This document shows positions 29,612 to 39,590 of a stretch of DNA of 62,095 nucleotides, one piece after another. The stretch spans positions 1 to 62,095 of the forward strand of contig CAZPHU010000009.1 of the NCBI GenBank assembly GCA_964586285.1, given 5' to 3'. The number at the start of each line of letters is the position of its first letter. Position 1 is the first letter of the stretch. Below the pieces are notes generated by a model. That model was not told the origin of the DNA and did no database searches. It saw only the letters and a list, made by a program, of their open reading frames with translations. The position numbers and the translations under genes were made by a program. Source of the stretch: an uncultured Fibrobacterota bacterium. GTDB taxonomy: Bacteria > Fibrobacterota > Chitinivibrionia > Chitinivibrionales > CAYFVL01.

Positions 29612-29640
29612 ATGTTACCATTTCGGCACCCGGATTGCAA
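29612..29640 (-). promoter_or_regulatory. Sigma-70-like promoter for the kinase operon
   Basis: Minus strand TTGCAA-N17-TAACAT with an extended TG before the -10. Confidence 0.45.
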
Positions 29641-29684
29641 AAGCAGGAAGAAAGAATCGAAGAAAACGCGAATCGCAGCATTAA

Positions 29685-30059
29685 TTAACGATGGTAGCGC
29701 ATCCAGTCGTTGATTTTTTTAGTCAGAAAGCTTTTTACCACTGAACGAGAACGGGGTATCAAGAGAAGAAAACCGCTTATATCGGTCAGAAAACCGGGCG
29801 TGATGAGCACCAGCCCGGCAACAAAAATCAACACCGCATCAAACATCTCCTGGGTCGGCATGATACCCTGGGACATATTCATACGCAGTCGCTGCATAGT
29901 CCGTAACCCTTCACGGCGTGTAAAGAATGCACCCGCCGCTGCGGTAGCTAGAACTATAATGATAGTATTGAGAGCACCTATGACAGAACCTACCCGTATA
30001 AGCAGGTAAAGCTCTATTACCGGAACGAGCGCGAAAAGAAAAAACAGTCGAACGATCAT
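29685..30059 (-). CDS. fxsA: FxsA family membrane protein
   Basis: VPVIELYLLI, LVLITPGFLTDISGFLLLIP. Confidence 0.9.
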   Translation of the reverse strand: MIVRLFFLFALVPVIELYLLIRVGSVIGALNTIIIVLATAAAGAFFTRREGLRTMQRLRMNMSQGIMPTQEMFDAVLIFVAGLVLITPGFLTDISGFLLLIPRSRSVVKSFLTKKINDWMRYHR

Positions 30060-30267
30060 TTTATAGCCGCTTTTCGGAAATGAGTTTGGCGATTATGAAA
30101 AATACATTCAATAAAAATAGTTTAATTTAGACGTCGCTGTTTGCGGTAAAAAACGACTGGAAGTAATTTTGGTTTTTTTGGGGGGTGGTGGTAATAGCTG
30201 TGTGAATATTATTTATCGGAATGGACTGGTTTTGTCGTTTCTATTCGTATTCCTAACGTCGAACTCT

Positions 30268-30717
30268 CTAGTTTGAGTGAGGAAAATGATCGGCAAATTT
30301 TTCAATCCATTCCAAAGCTGCTTCCTCCCCGGTAAGCTCTCTACCCTCTTTTTGCGCAACCATCCTCTTGTACTGTTCGATATGACAGATCTGTTCTACC
30401 ATTCGAATTCTGAATTCAGTTTGAGAATCGGTAAACTGAACGCCAACATCGAAATGGTCGTGGATTTCGCGACACCATACGACTCGTCCATGCATTTTCA
30501 ACTCCGGAGCTACCAGTGGTATTCTAATGATAATGGAGGCGTTTTCGGGGACTGGATGATCGCAGCTGAATGCAAGACCGCCAATACTTATATTTGCAAG
30601 AGGCTCGCACCCGATCTCGAAATCAGTCAACTCATATTCTATGGGAATTTCGGCAGGATGTCTGATATACTTACGTGCACCGGAGAAATTCCCTTGAGAA
30701 GTATTTACCGGATTCAT
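30268..30717 (-). CDS. Stand-alone PilZ domain protein
   Basis: RKYIRHP (RxxxR) and NISIGG (D/NxSxxG) c-di-GMP motifs; GRVVWC; VGVQF. Confidence 0.88.
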   Translation of the reverse strand: MNPVNTSQGNFSGARKYIRHPAEIPIEYELTDFEIGCEPLANISIGGLAFSCDHPVPENASIIIRIPLVAPELKMHGRVVWCREIHDHFDVGVQFTDSQTEFRIRMVEQICHIEQYKRMVAQKEGRELTGEEAALEWIEKFADHFPHSN

Positions 30718-30887
30718 TCAATTAATGGCCTTTCTCGCATAACCGTAAAAATGTGAATGAATGTCCTTCGTATTTTTTTATTTTCAGCCCTAGTGTGCTC
30801 ATCTGATTGCTATGCTCATCTACTATTTTATACTATTAAACTGGATTCGGTTATATAATTTCGGAAAAGATTCAAAAAGGTACAGCT

Positions 30888-32105
30888 ATGAACGTCAAGA
30901 AATCTAATAAACTGAATAATGTCCTCTATGATATCAGGGGGCCGGTACCACGAGAGGCACAACGGTTGGAGGAGGAAGGGTATCAGATTATTAAACTGAA
31001 TATCGGAAATCCAGCCCCGTTTGGTTTTGATGCTCCGGAGGAAATTATTCATGATGTTATAATAAACCTGCCTGCGGCACAGGGTTACTGTGATTCAAAG
31101 GGGGTCTTTCCCGCCAGAAAAGCTGTAATGCAATACTATCAGCAAAAGGGTGTTTTCGGCGTAGATACCGAGCACATTTACATCGGTAACGGAGTAAGCG
31201 AGCTTATTGTCATGGCTATGCAGGCTCTGCTGGATAACGGAATGGAAGTACTTGTCCCGGCGCCCGATTACCCCTTGTGGACCGCGGCAACCAACCTGGC
31301 AGGTGGAAAGCCGGTGCACTACATCTGCGATGAAAAATCCGACTGGTATCCGGATTTGGAAGATATAGAGAAGAAAATTACCCCCGATACAAAGGCCATA
31401 GTTGTCATTAACCCGAACAACCCCACCGGCGCGGTTTATCCAAAAGAAGTCTTGGAAGCAATTGTGGAGATAGCCCACAAGCATAAGCTGATCATATTTG
31501 CCGATGAGATTTACGATAAAATTCTATATGATGATGCTAAGCATACCTCTTTGGCTGCTCTAACGGATGATACACTGTGCATAACTTTTAATGGGCTTTC
31601 AAAATCCTACCGCGCGGCAGGTTTTCGTGCCGGTTGGATGGTCATAAGCGGTAAACGCTCGATTGCGAAGGATTATCTGGAGGGTATAGAGATGCTTGCC
31701 TCCATGCGCTTGTGCAGCAATGTCCCTTCCCAGTTTGCTATTCAAACCGCACTTGGCGGATATCAGAGTATAAACGATCTGGTTCTTCCGGGAGGGCGTC
31801 TGATTGCGCAGCGGGACTATGCCTACAACAGGCTGATAAGCATTCCCGGGGTTTCCTGCGTGAAGCCTAAAGGGGCACTTTATATGTTTCCCAGAATCGA
31901 TATAAAAAAGTTCGGCATCACGGACGATCGCCGGATGGTTTTGGATCTGCTTCTCAGGGAGCGTGTACTTCTGGTTCAGGGAACCGGATTCAATTGGGCT
32001 GAACCCGACCATTTCCGTCTGGTATTCCTGCCCCGCGAAGATACACTGAAAACAGCCCTGGACAGATTTGAAAGATTTCTGGAAAACTACAACCAAAACG
32101 GCTGA
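30888..32105 (+). CDS. alaA: Glutamate-pyruvate aminotransferase AlaA-like (class I/II PLP)
   Basis: YDIRGPV, LNIGNPAPFGF, PDYPLWTAA, INPNNPTG, FNGLSKSYRAAGFRAGW. Confidence 0.9.
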   Translation: MNVKKSNKLNNVLYDIRGPVPREAQRLEEEGYQIIKLNIGNPAPFGFDAPEEIIHDVIINLPAAQGYCDSKGVFPARKAVMQYYQQKGVFGVDTEHIYIGNGVSELIVMAMQALLDNGMEVLVPAPDYPLWTAATNLAGGKPVHYICDEKSDWYPDLEDIEKKITPDTKAIVVINPNNPTGAVYPKEVLEAIVEIAHKHKLIIFADEIYDKILYDDAKHTSLAALTDDTLCITFNGLSKSYRAAGFRAGWMVISGKRSIAKDYLEGIEMLASMRLCSNVPSQFAIQTALGGYQSINDLVLPGGRLIAQRDYAYNRLISIPGVSCVKPKGALYMFPRIDIKKFGITDDRRMVLDLLLRERVLLVQGTGFNWAEPDHFRLVFLPREDTLKTALDRFERFLENYNQNG

Positions 32106-32220
32106 TACGATCATTATCGAAGGGACGCAAGGCCGGTTGCGTCTCTTCAACATAAATCCGGTGAGACCACCAAAAAAATGGCTCGAATAGATTCCCCAGG
32201 TTAAACCTCTTCTAAAAAAA

Positions 32221-33672
32221 TCAGGCGTTCTGCAGGATAATTTTCGATGCGGTGTACGCATTGACCATTACATTCCAAATACCGCCACCGGGTTTTCCCC
32301 AGTGCCCAACCTGATATAGATTCGATAAATGGGTAGTTATGGGCATTTTTGCTTCGCCGTAGATATCTCTGGTATTTTCAAAACCGTAGAGCGACCCGTT
32401 AGTGTTTCCGGTGTAGCGCTCAAAAGTCTGAGGTGATCCTGTCTCGAAGAGTACAATCTTATCGGCCAGACCTGGAACTATACTGTCTGCTTTTTGAATC
32501 ATCTTTTCGGCAATTTCATGTTTGGTATCTTTCCAATTGTCGGAAAAAGATTCCTCAACAAAATGCATCATTGTAAGAACGGGATAACTTGGATCATCAA
32601 CAGTGCGCAATAAAATCAGATGATCCATTGCAATACTTTTGTTCTCTTGGATTCGCCGGAAAATTCGACCATGATCTTTTGATTCAAACCAAAATGAGAT
32701 ATTATCATCAAGAATCTGAGTAAAGCTTTCTTCCATTCCACAGTAGACCGCTACACATGATACCGACGGCTTGAGATTGGACAGCCTTCTTACCCATCGT
32801 CTGCTTCGAGCTTTCTCTTCCAATATTCTGGTTTGCAGACTATAGGGGCTGATATTTGAAACAACCAACGGGGCATCGAAATCCTGCCCGTTGCTTGTAA
32901 TGACTTTGGTGACCTTTTTAGACGATTCGCTTAATATAGAACACACCTCTGTTTTCCTGTATACTTTTCCACCATTCGCGGAGATTATACCGGCCAGAGA
33001 ATCGGCAAGTGTGTGAAATCCCCCTCGTAGAAAATGAGAACCTTCGAAATAGTGGATCGTAAACATCATGGTGTAAAACAGCGCCGCACCATAATCGGGC
33101 GAAGCACCGGCATACGGCCATAATGAATACAGCACATGTTTCACATCCGAATCGGTCAAATGCCCATCAAGAAAATGCTTAAACGATTTGTTATGAAACT
33201 GTGACACAAACGACAAATCTTCCGGCGTGAAATTATGTTCGTAATCACGGATCGGATCTATGAGTATGCGTCTGAATTTTTGCATTGTATCGAAAAAACT
33301 GTCCAGTTCTTTGCGATGTTTTGGAAAACGCTCGTGAAGTTTATCCGTTATTGCTTCCTGATGCGAGGGCATCGTAAACGAACTATTCGGAGTAACCGTC
33401 CGATACATCGCAGGTTGATCAATGGGGGTTATGCTCTTATCTATGTCAAGAAGCCTTAAAAGGTGCATCAAGGTTCCGTGTTCACTTAACGGTACAGAGT
33501 GAATGCCGCTTTCAAAATGATACTTTTTTCGGCTGAAGCCGTGTGCATAGCCGCCTATTCTATAATGCTTCTCCAGCACGGCTACACGCATGCCCGCTCT
33601 TGCCAGAAAAGCTCCGCATGTCAGTCCGCCAATACCGGATCCGACAACAATTACATCATATGATGATGTCAA
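32221..33672 (-). CDS. CrtI/RetSat-like FAD-dependent oxidoreductase
   Basis: VVGSGIGGL...VLEKH..IGGY dinucleotide fold; SPQTFERYTGNTNGSLYG; LYQVGHW..PGGG. Confidence 0.85.
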   Translation of the reverse strand: MTSSYDVIVVGSGIGGLTCGAFLARAGMRVAVLEKHYRIGGYAHGFSRKKYHFESGIHSVPLSEHGTLMHLLRLLDIDKSITPIDQPAMYRTVTPNSSFTMPSHQEAITDKLHERFPKHRKELDSFFDTMQKFRRILIDPIRDYEHNFTPEDLSFVSQFHNKSFKHFLDGHLTDSDVKHVLYSLWPYAGASPDYGAALFYTMMFTIHYFEGSHFLRGGFHTLADSLAGIISANGGKVYRKTEVCSILSESSKKVTKVITSNGQDFDAPLVVSNISPYSLQTRILEEKARSRRWVRRLSNLKPSVSCVAVYCGMEESFTQILDDNISFWFESKDHGRIFRRIQENKSIAMDHLILLRTVDDPSYPVLTMMHFVEESFSDNWKDTKHEIAEKMIQKADSIVPGLADKIVLFETGSPQTFERYTGNTNGSLYGFENTRDIYGEAKMPITTHLSNLYQVGHWGKPGGGIWNVMVNAYTASKIILQNA

Positions 33673-33694
33673 AAAGTCCCCACAATATATTTAT

Positions 33695-35191
33695 TTAAGA
33701 AATGCTAAATTGCTTGTGATCGTCCCGGCAAATAATCTGCGTGACATGTTTACCCAATGCGGTCACTCTGGGGAGACCCCCTGGAGTTGCAATCCACTGC
33801 CCGGTCATATAGAAATTTTTCAGTTTCGGCAATGTCTTTGGGATGTTCAGACCAATATTCTTCGGTGTAGGCGCCCATCCCTGATAACTAGCCTTCCAGT
33901 TTTGAGTATAACGAACGTATGTCGCAGGTGTTGCGGTATCAATAGTCTCTATGTTCTTACGAGTTCCGGGGAAACGCTTCTCAAGACCGTCTATGACAGC
34001 TTCGGCAACTCGCTGCTTTTGCTGTTTGTACTCCTCATAATTATTTTCCCGCAATCTTGTCCAATAGGAATAATCGTGGGTGCGAAGATGGACAATTAAG
34101 GCAGTCTTGCCTTCAGGAGCAAAACAGGTATCGAAGTTGCAAATACGAATGAGCATTGAATCGATCTTTTCCGATCCCATTGGTATGCTTTCCGTAAGCG
34201 GCAAGACCAGCTTCGAGGGCGCATCGGAGTAGTCCATGTTCACACCCAACGAAATCTGTAAGAGAGAGGGAAAGACCGGAAATGTATCATACTGTTTTTT
34301 CAGTCGCTTATTTAAGTATTTCCCGTCAAGCATGTTAAAAAGCGCTTCGTGCCCGTCGGAGGCACAAACTACAATATCGGCCTTGTAAACGCTGCCGTCG
34401 GAGCACCTTACCCCAGTTGCTCTATTATTTTCAACCTCTATCCGGGTAACTCTTTTATGCAGACTGATTGTACCGCCAAGCTCCTTATACTTTCTCTGGA
34501 TGATATCTCGGAAATTAGCGGAGCCTCCGCGGGGATATCCGGCCGCACGTGCATGCATCCATGCCAATGCCATCATTACACTAAGAACCGAAAAGAAATC
34601 ATGGTGCGGAAAAATCAATCGCAACATCATTCCCAAGCGTTTGTTGCTGTATCGCGAGGCATACTCTTCTATGGTCTCCTTACGCCATTTGGCGTAAAAC
34701 CTGATTATCTTCAGATTCTTAAGCACAAACCTTACTGCTGTGTACGGATTTAGCAGCTCGGGTACCGTATCGAATGGAATGTCCATTCTGCTCAAATCAT
34801 CGATGGCTTCCGTGAATTCACGGGCCAACGATTCATCTTCAGGGGACAGACGAACCATCTCACGATATAATTCATGAGCATCCGTGTACACATGGAATGT
34901 CTCTCCCTCATAATCGATCTGCATGAATTCTTCAAAATCGATTATTTCAAGCTCATTGAAATCAATAAGTTCCTTGAGCACCTTATGCACAGTGGAACGA
35001 TCGGATGAACCGGGAAGCCAGTTAGTAGCCCCGTCAAAGATGTATTTCCCACGTTTCCACGAAACCGATACGCCGCCGCACTCTCGTCCCATTTCCAGAA
35101 CGTGGCTGTGGTATCCATTCATCTGCAGATAGCAGCCCGTTGCCAGGCCGCCGATTCCGCCTCCAATAATTATTACTTTTTCTCTTTTCAT
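33695..35191 (-). CDS. Second CrtI/phytoene-desaturase-like FAD-dependent oxidoreductase
   Basis: IIGGGIGGLATG, WKRGKYIFDG, ATPATYVRYTQNWKASYQGW, FYMTGQW..PGGLP. Confidence 0.85.
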   Translation of the reverse strand: MKREKVIIIGGGIGGLATGCYLQMNGYHSHVLEMGRECGGVSVSWKRGKYIFDGATNWLPGSSDRSTVHKVLKELIDFNELEIIDFEEFMQIDYEGETFHVYTDAHELYREMVRLSPEDESLAREFTEAIDDLSRMDIPFDTVPELLNPYTAVRFVLKNLKIIRFYAKWRKETIEEYASRYSNKRLGMMLRLIFPHHDFFSVLSVMMALAWMHARAAGYPRGGSANFRDIIQRKYKELGGTISLHKRVTRIEVENNRATGVRCSDGSVYKADIVVCASDGHEALFNMLDGKYLNKRLKKQYDTFPVFPSLLQISLGVNMDYSDAPSKLVLPLTESIPMGSEKIDSMLIRICNFDTCFAPEGKTALIVHLRTHDYSYWTRLRENNYEEYKQQKQRVAEAVIDGLEKRFPGTRKNIETIDTATPATYVRYTQNWKASYQGWAPTPKNIGLNIPKTLPKLKNFYMTGQWIATPGGLPRVTALGKHVTQIICRDDHKQFSIS

Positions 35192-35243
35192 GATAATGAA
35201 CTGTTCTGAACCGTTTTACACTGTTACCTGTTTAACCCTGTAA

Positions 35244-36131
35244 TCAGCTGTCACTTTCTTGCACAAAGGGTATATCTTCATGAAGAAAGTACCATTGCTC
35301 AGGGTGTTTTGATATTGTTGATTGAAGATTATCGTAGATAAGCTGCAAAATATTTGTCTTGTTTAGTGGAATTTCTTTTAGTGATAAGCTGTATAGATCA
35401 TTATTTTCCCGGAGCATTGTCGCGGCCGCGATTTCCATTGGTGCACGGCAGAACATCACTAGACGATCTATTCCGGCCCCGCCCCAAACCTTGGTACCGA
35501 AAAGCTCAACAGGCTTACTGTATGGTGTTTTTTCGTCGATTACGGTAACAAGGATTTCTTTTCTTCTCAGAGCCGCCGCCATATCGAGCGCGGCGTTTGT
35601 TTGAGGTTTGCCAATCTCAATAAACCGTATAGGGGCGAACAAACCACTTTCGTTCATCTTCTTGGCCCGGGCATGTGCCTCCTGGGAAAACCTTTCGGTA
35701 GTAAATCGCAAAACTACATTCACCGTATGCCCCATACGGGACAGTGTGGGTACGATGAATTCTATTGCTCCAAAATGACCGGTTACAATCAGGATTCCTT
35801 TGTTCTGTATGTCCGCCTGGTATAAAAAGGATATATCCCGGGTCTGTATGCGTCTGTTAAGAAAATCGGAAAAGAATTCGGGGCCTCCGCATAAGGGCAG
35901 CAACTTCTCATAATAGTGTAGCAGAAGATGTTTTTTAACCGCCTCTACTTGTTCCATTTCGCAAGGAAGCGAAAACTGGGCAAGATTCTCTCTGATATGA
36001 GCGCTTATTTCAGGATTTTCGGAGTACCACCAATTGCCTCTTTCGAAGATAAGATCGCGAAGCTGAGGTGGTGTGAGGTTAGGAATCTCAGACAATATCT
36101 GAGGGTCTTGTAAGTAGCGGCTTAAACTCAT
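35244..36131 (-). CDS. LpxL/HtrB-family (lysophospholipid/lipid A) acyltransferase
   Basis: ILIVTGHFGAIEF (HX4E catalytic motif), VIDE, VELFG, HPEQWYFLH. Confidence 0.75.
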   Translation of the reverse strand: MSLSRYLQDPQILSEIPNLTPPQLRDLIFERGNWWYSENPEISAHIRENLAQFSLPCEMEQVEAVKKHLLLHYYEKLLPLCGGPEFFSDFLNRRIQTRDISFLYQADIQNKGILIVTGHFGAIEFIVPTLSRMGHTVNVVLRFTTERFSQEAHARAKKMNESGLFAPIRFIEIGKPQTNAALDMAAALRRKEILVTVIDEKTPYSKPVELFGTKVWGGAGIDRLVMFCRAPMEIAAATMLRENNDLYSLSLKEIPLNKTNILQLIYDNLQSTISKHPEQWYFLHEDIPFVQESDS

Positions 36132-36159
36132 AGTTCTTTCAAAATATTCGGATAAACAT

Positions 36160-36191
36160 AAAGGCAGGAGAAAACAAGCTCCTGCCTTTTT
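36160..36191 (-). terminator. Hairpin downstream of acp
   Basis: aaaggcaggag-N8-ctcctgccttt, a perfect 11-bp stem. Confidence 0.6.
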
Positions 36192-36218
36192 AACTTATAG
36201 GCAAAAAGAATGCATTTG

Positions 36219-36473
36219 TTATTGATTCAAATACTTCTCGACTGTTTCGGTGCATTTATTGATCGAAATCAGATTGGGGAATTCAGATTCTGGAATGGAA
36301 ACACCGAACTTCTTTTCCATAGTGGCCAAAACTTCCAGCAACGCCATGGAATCGAGACCGACGTCATCGATAAAATGAGCATTATCGGTAATGTTTTCTT
36401 CTTCAACATCCATATCTCCTGCTATCTCAATGATAAGTTCACGGATGTCATTCTTAATTTCGGCACTATCCAT
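36219..36473 (-). CDS. Acyl carrier protein
   Basis: DVGLDSMALLE phosphopantetheine site, acidic sequence; start ATG 36473 after GAGGAG. Confidence 0.92.
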   Translation of the reverse strand: MDSAEIKNDIRELIIEIAGDMDVEEENITDNAHFIDDVGLDSMALLEVLATMEKKFGVSIPESEFPNLISINKCTETVEKYLNQ

Positions 36474-36537
36474 AACAAAAATCTCCTCGCTATGCAATCA
36501 CTTATTAGAATGCAACACTCATTTGACTGGGCATTAA

Positions 36538-37740
36538 TCACATAATGTTTTTAAAAATAATTGAGGCGCAATTACCATCGCACGAAAAAGAATTTATCAG
36601 TACGTATTCGGCGGCAAATTGCGGCATGTTTTCAAACTGAATGTTGGCCTCTCCCACTGTTTCATAGGAAGGCCCAACCCCGCTTATACGATTTTCAAAG
36701 CAATCAGCCAATGCACAGATCATAGATAAAGGGGCCCCGGCACCGTAGCATTCACCTACTTTTGCTTTGTATGCTGTAACAGGAGTATTTCCAAACAGCT
36801 TGGCGATTGCCGAAGACTCGATTGTATCGGCTGTCTTATTTCCGTTGGCACTTGCCGCTATAAATGATATCGCATCACAGGAAATGCCGGCCATATCACA
36901 TGCATTTTTCATGACATACTTTTGAACGTTTTCAGAAGGGGCAAACCCCGTAAGTGGTGCATCAGAATCAAAAGCGGAGTAGTACCCGACTATTTCCGCA
37001 ATCGGTTTTGCACCACGAGCGGACGCCTTCTCCAGTGTTTCTATCATAAAAACTCCGCTACCCTCACCCATCACCAGCCCGTCCGCATTACGACCGAAGG
37101 GCAAAATAGTGCCTTTGTGGGAAAGAATACCGGCCCGCTGCATCCCAAGCAGTTCAAAATATGATACTTCTTCTACGCCGCCAACCAGAATGGAATCCAG
37201 ATAACCGCGTCTGATGTAATCGCTGCCGTAGATAACAGCATCGATTCCCGAGTTAAATCCGGTGGAAACGGTAGTGCTTAACGTTCGTACACCGTAACGA
37301 ATGTTGGCGTTGCCGGTCGGCGAGTTGACAACGGTGTTTGCAAATGCCTGCGGATTGACACTGTTTACCCCGTTAACAATTGAATCACTGAGAAAATCAC
37401 CAATGCTCTGAACGCTGCCGAATGAAGTTCCTATACATATGCCGGGCTTGGTGTCATCATCGGCATTTTCAAAGAGATCCTTAAAAGGAGTCTCAATTGA
37501 ACCAAGAATTAATTTGGTCGCCCAATCTTTTGTACGCAGCCCCTTCTTCCCTAAAACTTCAACAGGATCGAAGTGAGTTGCTCTAAAACAGGGGAGCCCT
37601 TGATCAAAAGAATGGTATTCCGAATCCTGATATGAAGCCGGTGCACTTGGTTGCGACAGAGCATCCCTATGCTGCTCGAGCCCAACGCCTAAAGAACTTA
37701 CCGCACCGACACCGGTTATTACTAAGCGTGAATTATTCAT
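36538..37740 (-). CDS. Catalytically inactive ketosynthase (chain-length-factor-like)
   Basis: Full KS fold (ITGVG, PQAFANTV, MGEGSG) but the triad is replaced: STGFNSG for TACAAG, SANGN for HGTGT, VGEC for LGHT. Confidence 0.85.
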   Translation of the reverse strand: MNNSRLVITGVGAVSSLGVGLEQHRDALSQPSAPASYQDSEYHSFDQGLPCFRATHFDPVEVLGKKGLRTKDWATKLILGSIETPFKDLFENADDDTKPGICIGTSFGSVQSIGDFLSDSIVNGVNSVNPQAFANTVVNSPTGNANIRYGVRTLSTTVSTGFNSGIDAVIYGSDYIRRGYLDSILVGGVEEVSYFELLGMQRAGILSHKGTILPFGRNADGLVMGEGSGVFMIETLEKASARGAKPIAEIVGYYSAFDSDAPLTGFAPSENVQKYVMKNACDMAGISCDAISFIAASANGNKTADTIESSAIAKLFGNTPVTAYKAKVGECYGAGAPLSMICALADCFENRISGVGPSYETVGEANIQFENMPQFAAEYVLINSFSCDGNCASIIFKNIM

Positions 37741-37743
37741 GAA

Positions 37744-38970
37744 TTATCCTTTATATCTTCCGATCACGAGAGATGATGTATTGCCGGCAAATGCATAAGC
37801 ATTGGATACCGCTATATCTAATTTAGCTTCACGAGCCTTATTAGGTACATAATCCAGGTCGCAATCGGGATCGGGATCCTGATAATTGATCGTAGGAAGT
37901 AATGTGTTCCTGTTTATCATCAGTGCACACGCGCACGCCTCAATTGCCGATGCCGCACCCATGGTATGACCCAGCATGGACTTAAGAGAACTCATCGGGA
38001 TCTTATAGGCTCGTTCTCCAAATACTTTCTTTGAAATCAAAGTCTCCGATTTATCGTTCTCTTTGGTTCCTGTACCGTGGGCGCAAATGTAATCGATTTG
38101 ATCGGGGCTCACGCCTGAATGCTTGAGGGCTCGATTCAGTGCAAGGATACCACCACTACCCTGTGGATCGGGGATCGTCATTTTAAAGGCATCACATCCC
38201 AGTCCGTACCCAAGCACTTCAGCGTAAACAGGTGCTTTTCGTGCAAGTGCATGACTAAGTGTTTCCAGTATTAGTATACCGGCACCTTCGCTGACGGCCA
38301 TACCTTTTCGATTCAGATCAAACGGCCGCACAATATCGCCGGTTGTGGCAAGCAGACGATTGAAACCCGTAAACGCAATAGAGGAGAATGGGTCGGTACC
38401 ACCTACGACCGCAATGTCGATACGGTTGAGCTGCATAAGATCGTATGCGTATCCGATAGCGTAGTTGCCTGCTGCGCAGGCTGTAGGTATTATGAAATTT
38501 GGTCCCTTGGCACCAAAAGCCTTGGCCACATGAGCAGGAATAACTCCACAGGGATATTGGCGAGGTAAATTCGAAGGAATCGCCTCGGCTGAGTTATTAT
38601 CGTATTTAGCGTGAATCCCTTTTTCAAGTATTTGCGGCTCACCCATTGTAGTGCCGATACTTACTCCAAACCGGTAGGCGTTAACCGCCTTGAGATTAAG
38701 TTTCGCATCGGTGACAGCCATAGCGGCAGCTGCTACCGCAAACTGGCTTGAGCGGCCCATATTCTCTATCTGTTCTTGTGTCAGATACTCCTGTGGATCA
38801 AAGTCTTTTACTTCACCGCCGGTTTTGGTTCGGTACTCGGTCGTATCAATCGAAGTAAGCGGAGCAACACCGTTTTTTCCATTGACGGCAGCTTCCCAAA
38901 ATGTTTCGATTCCGGTGCCAATGGGTGTGACCAGTCCCAGTCCCGTGATTACGACTCTATTACTATTCAT
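37744..38970 (-). CDS. fabF: Beta-ketoacyl-ACP synthase II-like ketosynthase (active)
   Basis: PTACAAG, AHGTGT, KSMLGHTMGA, SNAYAFAG. Confidence 0.9.
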   Translation of the reverse strand: MNSNRVVITGLGLVTPIGTGIETFWEAAVNGKNGVAPLTSIDTTEYRTKTGGEVKDFDPQEYLTQEQIENMGRSSQFAVAAAAMAVTDAKLNLKAVNAYRFGVSIGTTMGEPQILEKGIHAKYDNNSAEAIPSNLPRQYPCGVIPAHVAKAFGAKGPNFIIPTACAAGNYAIGYAYDLMQLNRIDIAVVGGTDPFSSIAFTGFNRLLATTGDIVRPFDLNRKGMAVSEGAGILILETLSHALARKAPVYAEVLGYGLGCDAFKMTIPDPQGSGGILALNRALKHSGVSPDQIDYICAHGTGTKENDKSETLISKKVFGERAYKIPMSSLKSMLGHTMGAASAIEACACALMINRNTLLPTINYQDPDPDCDLDYVPNKAREAKLDIAVSNAYAFAGNTSSLVIGRYKG

Positions 38971-39131
38971 TCACCTGCTTCCAGTTGAAAAATTACGAAA
39001 AAAGGTTTCGTTAAAATGAAAAACATATCAAATGTTGTTCCGAATACTGTAAATCCTGAAAAAACAAGCTAGCAATATACAATCATTCTCTGCTTGTCCG
39101 CAAAAACAACCCAATACTTTTCATGAAAAAG

Positions 39132-39575
39132 TTATACAACTCCGGTTTGGGAAGCCGCAAACATAAGCGAACCGCCTGCAACCGTTTCGCCGTCGACAAA
39201 TGATTTGGCAGAAACAATCGCGTTTTTCCCGACTATCTTTTCCACGATGATTTTCGTTATCAGCTGATCCCCCGGTGTAACCGGCTTACGAAAGGAGATC
39301 TTCGAAATCTTTCCCAAATAATACACCGTATTTTCCTTTAATCCACCGCCGGATTTGGCCAGCAGAAAACAGGACGCCTGTGCCATATTTTCGACAATAT
39401 AGACTCCGGGAAAAACCGGATGCCCCGGAAAATGCCCCTGAAACTGCGCCTCATTAACCGTAATATTCTTTAGAACCGTGACCGACTCATTAGGTGTAAA
39501 TTGGGTTACTCGGTCGATGAGAAGGAAAGGATAACGGTGCGGAACATTACGCATGATCTCTTCTATATCAAACAT
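39132..39575 (-). CDS. fabZ: 3-hydroxyacyl-ACP dehydratase
   Basis: PHRYPFLLIDRV, FQGHFPGHPVFPGVYIVENMAQ. Confidence 0.93.
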   Translation of the reverse strand: MFDIEEIMRNVPHRYPFLLIDRVTQFTPNESVTVLKNITVNEAQFQGHFPGHPVFPGVYIVENMAQASCFLLAKSGGGLKENTVYYLGKISKISFRKPVTPGDQLITKIIVEKIVGKNAIVSAKSFVDGETVAGGSLMFAASQTGVV

Positions 39576-39590
39576 GTAAACCCTTTCAGA

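Noticed and set aside
29624-29639. Good sigma-54-like sequence CGGCACCCGGATTGCA on the + strand
   Set aside because: It points antisense into the fxsA 3' end with no + gene to drive, and overlaps a plausible minus-strand sigma-70 promoter; probably coincidental.
32221-35191. Carotenoid biosynthesis locus
   Set aside because: No phytoene synthase, GGPP synthase or cyclase nearby; the context is ACP-based.
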